Part shown: positions 62,360 to 64,000 of the stretch, piece after piece
How positions within the stretch are numbered: position 1 is the first letter of the stretch
Layout of the letters: every line of letters begins with the position of its first letter
Assembly (NCBI GenBank): GCA_950097015.1
Contig: CATNEN010000034.1
Coordinates: forward strand, 4,278,001-4,342,000
Reading direction: 5' to 3'
Source: Macrostomum hystrix
Taxonomy: Eukaryota > Animalia > Platyhelminthes
Length of the DNA stretch: 64,000 bases
Notes under the pieces: generated by a model
The model's input: the letters and a program-made list of their open reading frames with translations, nothing else
What the model was told of the DNA's origin: nothing
The model's database searches: none
Translations under genes and position numbers: made by a program

Positions 62360-64000
62360 TCAAGCTTCCTGTTCGTCGCTGAGGCGAGTATTCTCGGCTT
62401 CCCGCAGCAGTTCGGCTTCTACCCGCAGATGCCGTCCGCGTCGGGGCCGACCGCCGGTGTCGGCAGCTGGCATCGCCGTCAGCAGCTGCTGCAGTTGCTG
62501 TAGGTCAACGCCCGACCTCCAGCCGTCGCGGGGCAGCGGATGGCCCAGTTGGAAAATTCCTCGGAACAGGCCGAGCACCGCTTCCCCGTCACGAGCCAGC
62601 AGCTCCTCGACTGAGGCACCGGTGGCGGCTTCCAGTTTTTCAACTGGCACAATGATCAGCTCGGTGTCGGAGGCGGCGTAGGCGGAGGTCGACCGGAAGC
62701 CGTGACGGAGCAGCGACTCTGTGCCAAACAGCTCGCCTGCCTCGAGCGTCTCCAACAGCTGACTGGGTCTGTTGGGACCCGGCGTAACCGTGATGGAGAC
62801 CCTGCCAGAGTACACTATGAACAGACAGCTCATCTGGTCTGTGCCCTGGTTGCCGGGGAGGATGGAGAAGCTTAGTTAGCACTCCTCGATACACATTATT
62901 AGATTATATTGAATTTTTTCCTGCTTGTTGTTACCCCAGAAGGGATTATGTCAGGGCTACCGGGAGTGGAACTAATAGTTTATAGAGGAGATAAACATTT
63001 GAACAAATATTGCACATCATTTGGTGACCATAGACCCGTAGAAGGCGATTCTGCCCATTTCGCTGACTCCTGAGCACACACGAACACAGATTCCGCACAC
63101 AGGTGTGTACATCTGCCCTGACTTTTTCATCGTCAGGCAGTGTACACTCTCACTTGCCTTGGAGGTTGGTGTTCAAGGGTGTAACCTCAAAATAAATGTG
63201 GCCTCGCCGCGGAATCGAATTCAGGGACCCTGGTGCAAGAGGCAAACGCGTTAGACCGCTAACACTCACCTCCTTATTGAGGGGATAGTTTAATGAGTTT
63301 AAAATAAACTTATTGATGAGATTATTATCATAATGAGGGCAATATTAGCCTTATGTGAGGATAATTATCTAAATGAGGAGATTTATTAGATCCGGGATTT
63401 CTGCTTGTTCTCCCTAGAACTGCTTGTCGAATCCAAATCGGCTGCCAACCTCCAGGAAGATGCTCTGGTTCGGTGTCTTTTTATCGACGAAAGCCATCAC
63501 GCTGGCCTGATTGGCCTTCAGCCGTTGCAGCTCGCGTTCGGTGAAGAGGCGGCCGACCTGCGGGTGGCAAATCAGCGCCTCCAGCCCGAAGGCGTAGACT
63601 CGACATGCTGCGGCCGGCGTGGCTTCAGTGGTCGCTGGCGCGATGAGCAGTTGCAGCTCTGTCTCAGTGGCTGCGGGATACCTGCTCGCGATTATAAAAG
63701 ATACAGTCTCAATATATCAACAATTCAGAAAATTTTCAAGAAACCAAAAGTTTTGGGAAACCAAAGTTTCGGGAAATCAAAGTTTCGGGAAATCAAAGTT
63801 TCGGGAAACCAAAGTTTCTGGAAACCAAAGTTTCGGGAAACCAAAGTTTCGGGTAACCAAAGTTTCGGGAAACCCAAAAAGCATGGTCACCTGGTGGCTA
63901 GAAAGTTTTTGAATGCTTCCGGCCTTCTCAGAAAAATATCGCGGAATTCACAACCGATGGCGGTCTCAAGGACGTGTTGGTTCACCAGCTGCAGCTCGGT
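62360..64000 (-). CDS. Cyclic-nucleotide-binding (cNMP) domain protein, 5' end outside window; exons >64000-63891, 63681-63450, 62845-62360
   Basis: Spliced frame gives QSIFLE|GTDQMSCLFIVYSGRVSIT...LEAGELFGTESLL...RSTSAYAASDTELIIVP, a CNB beta-roll; GT-AG junctions in phase (828 nt). Confidence 0.75.
63016..63262 (-). mobile_element. SINE family 1 copy in an intron of the cNMP gene
   Basis: Reverse-complement match to the family-1 head and body. Confidence 0.8.
63735..63875. repeat. 16-bp repeat (GGAAACCAAAGTTTCG)n in a cNMP gene intron
   Basis: Visible periodicity. Confidence 0.9.

Overview
Eukaryotic (metazoan) genomic DNA; nothing here is prokaryotic. GC-rich, poly-Gln/Ala exons sit in introns filled with minisatellites, a style typical of the flatworm Macrostomum (species assignment is inference). 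About 30 kb of the 64 kb is tandem repeat in ~28 arrays with different units (11-48 bp), so most long ORFs in the track are repeat artefacts. Four spliced genes were assembled by hand with GT-AG introns and consistent phases: a KLHL8-like BTB-BACK-Kelch gene (+, 1190-14081, 5 exons), an orphan peptide-type class A GPCR with non-canonical DRY/NPxxY motifs (-, 27688-17868, 3 exons), a calcitonin/DH31-like class B GPCR (+, 48901-60020, 10 exons), and the 3' part of a cNMP-binding-domain gene (-, >64000-62360). Mobile DNA: a frameshifted DD34D mariner with 113-bp TIRs at a TA whose empty site survives in two sister repeat copies, a 5'-truncated Ty3/Gypsy integrase plus LTR inside a 16-bp satellite, and three tRNA-headed SINE families (one CORE-like, one with 13-14 bp TSDs). 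Best leads: the mariner/compound-satellite locus, an intronic 27-mer array whose units read as acceptor-donor (recursive-splice-like) sites, nested SINEs at a palindrome, and hints of an unannotated + strand transcript. No new biological system is demonstrated.
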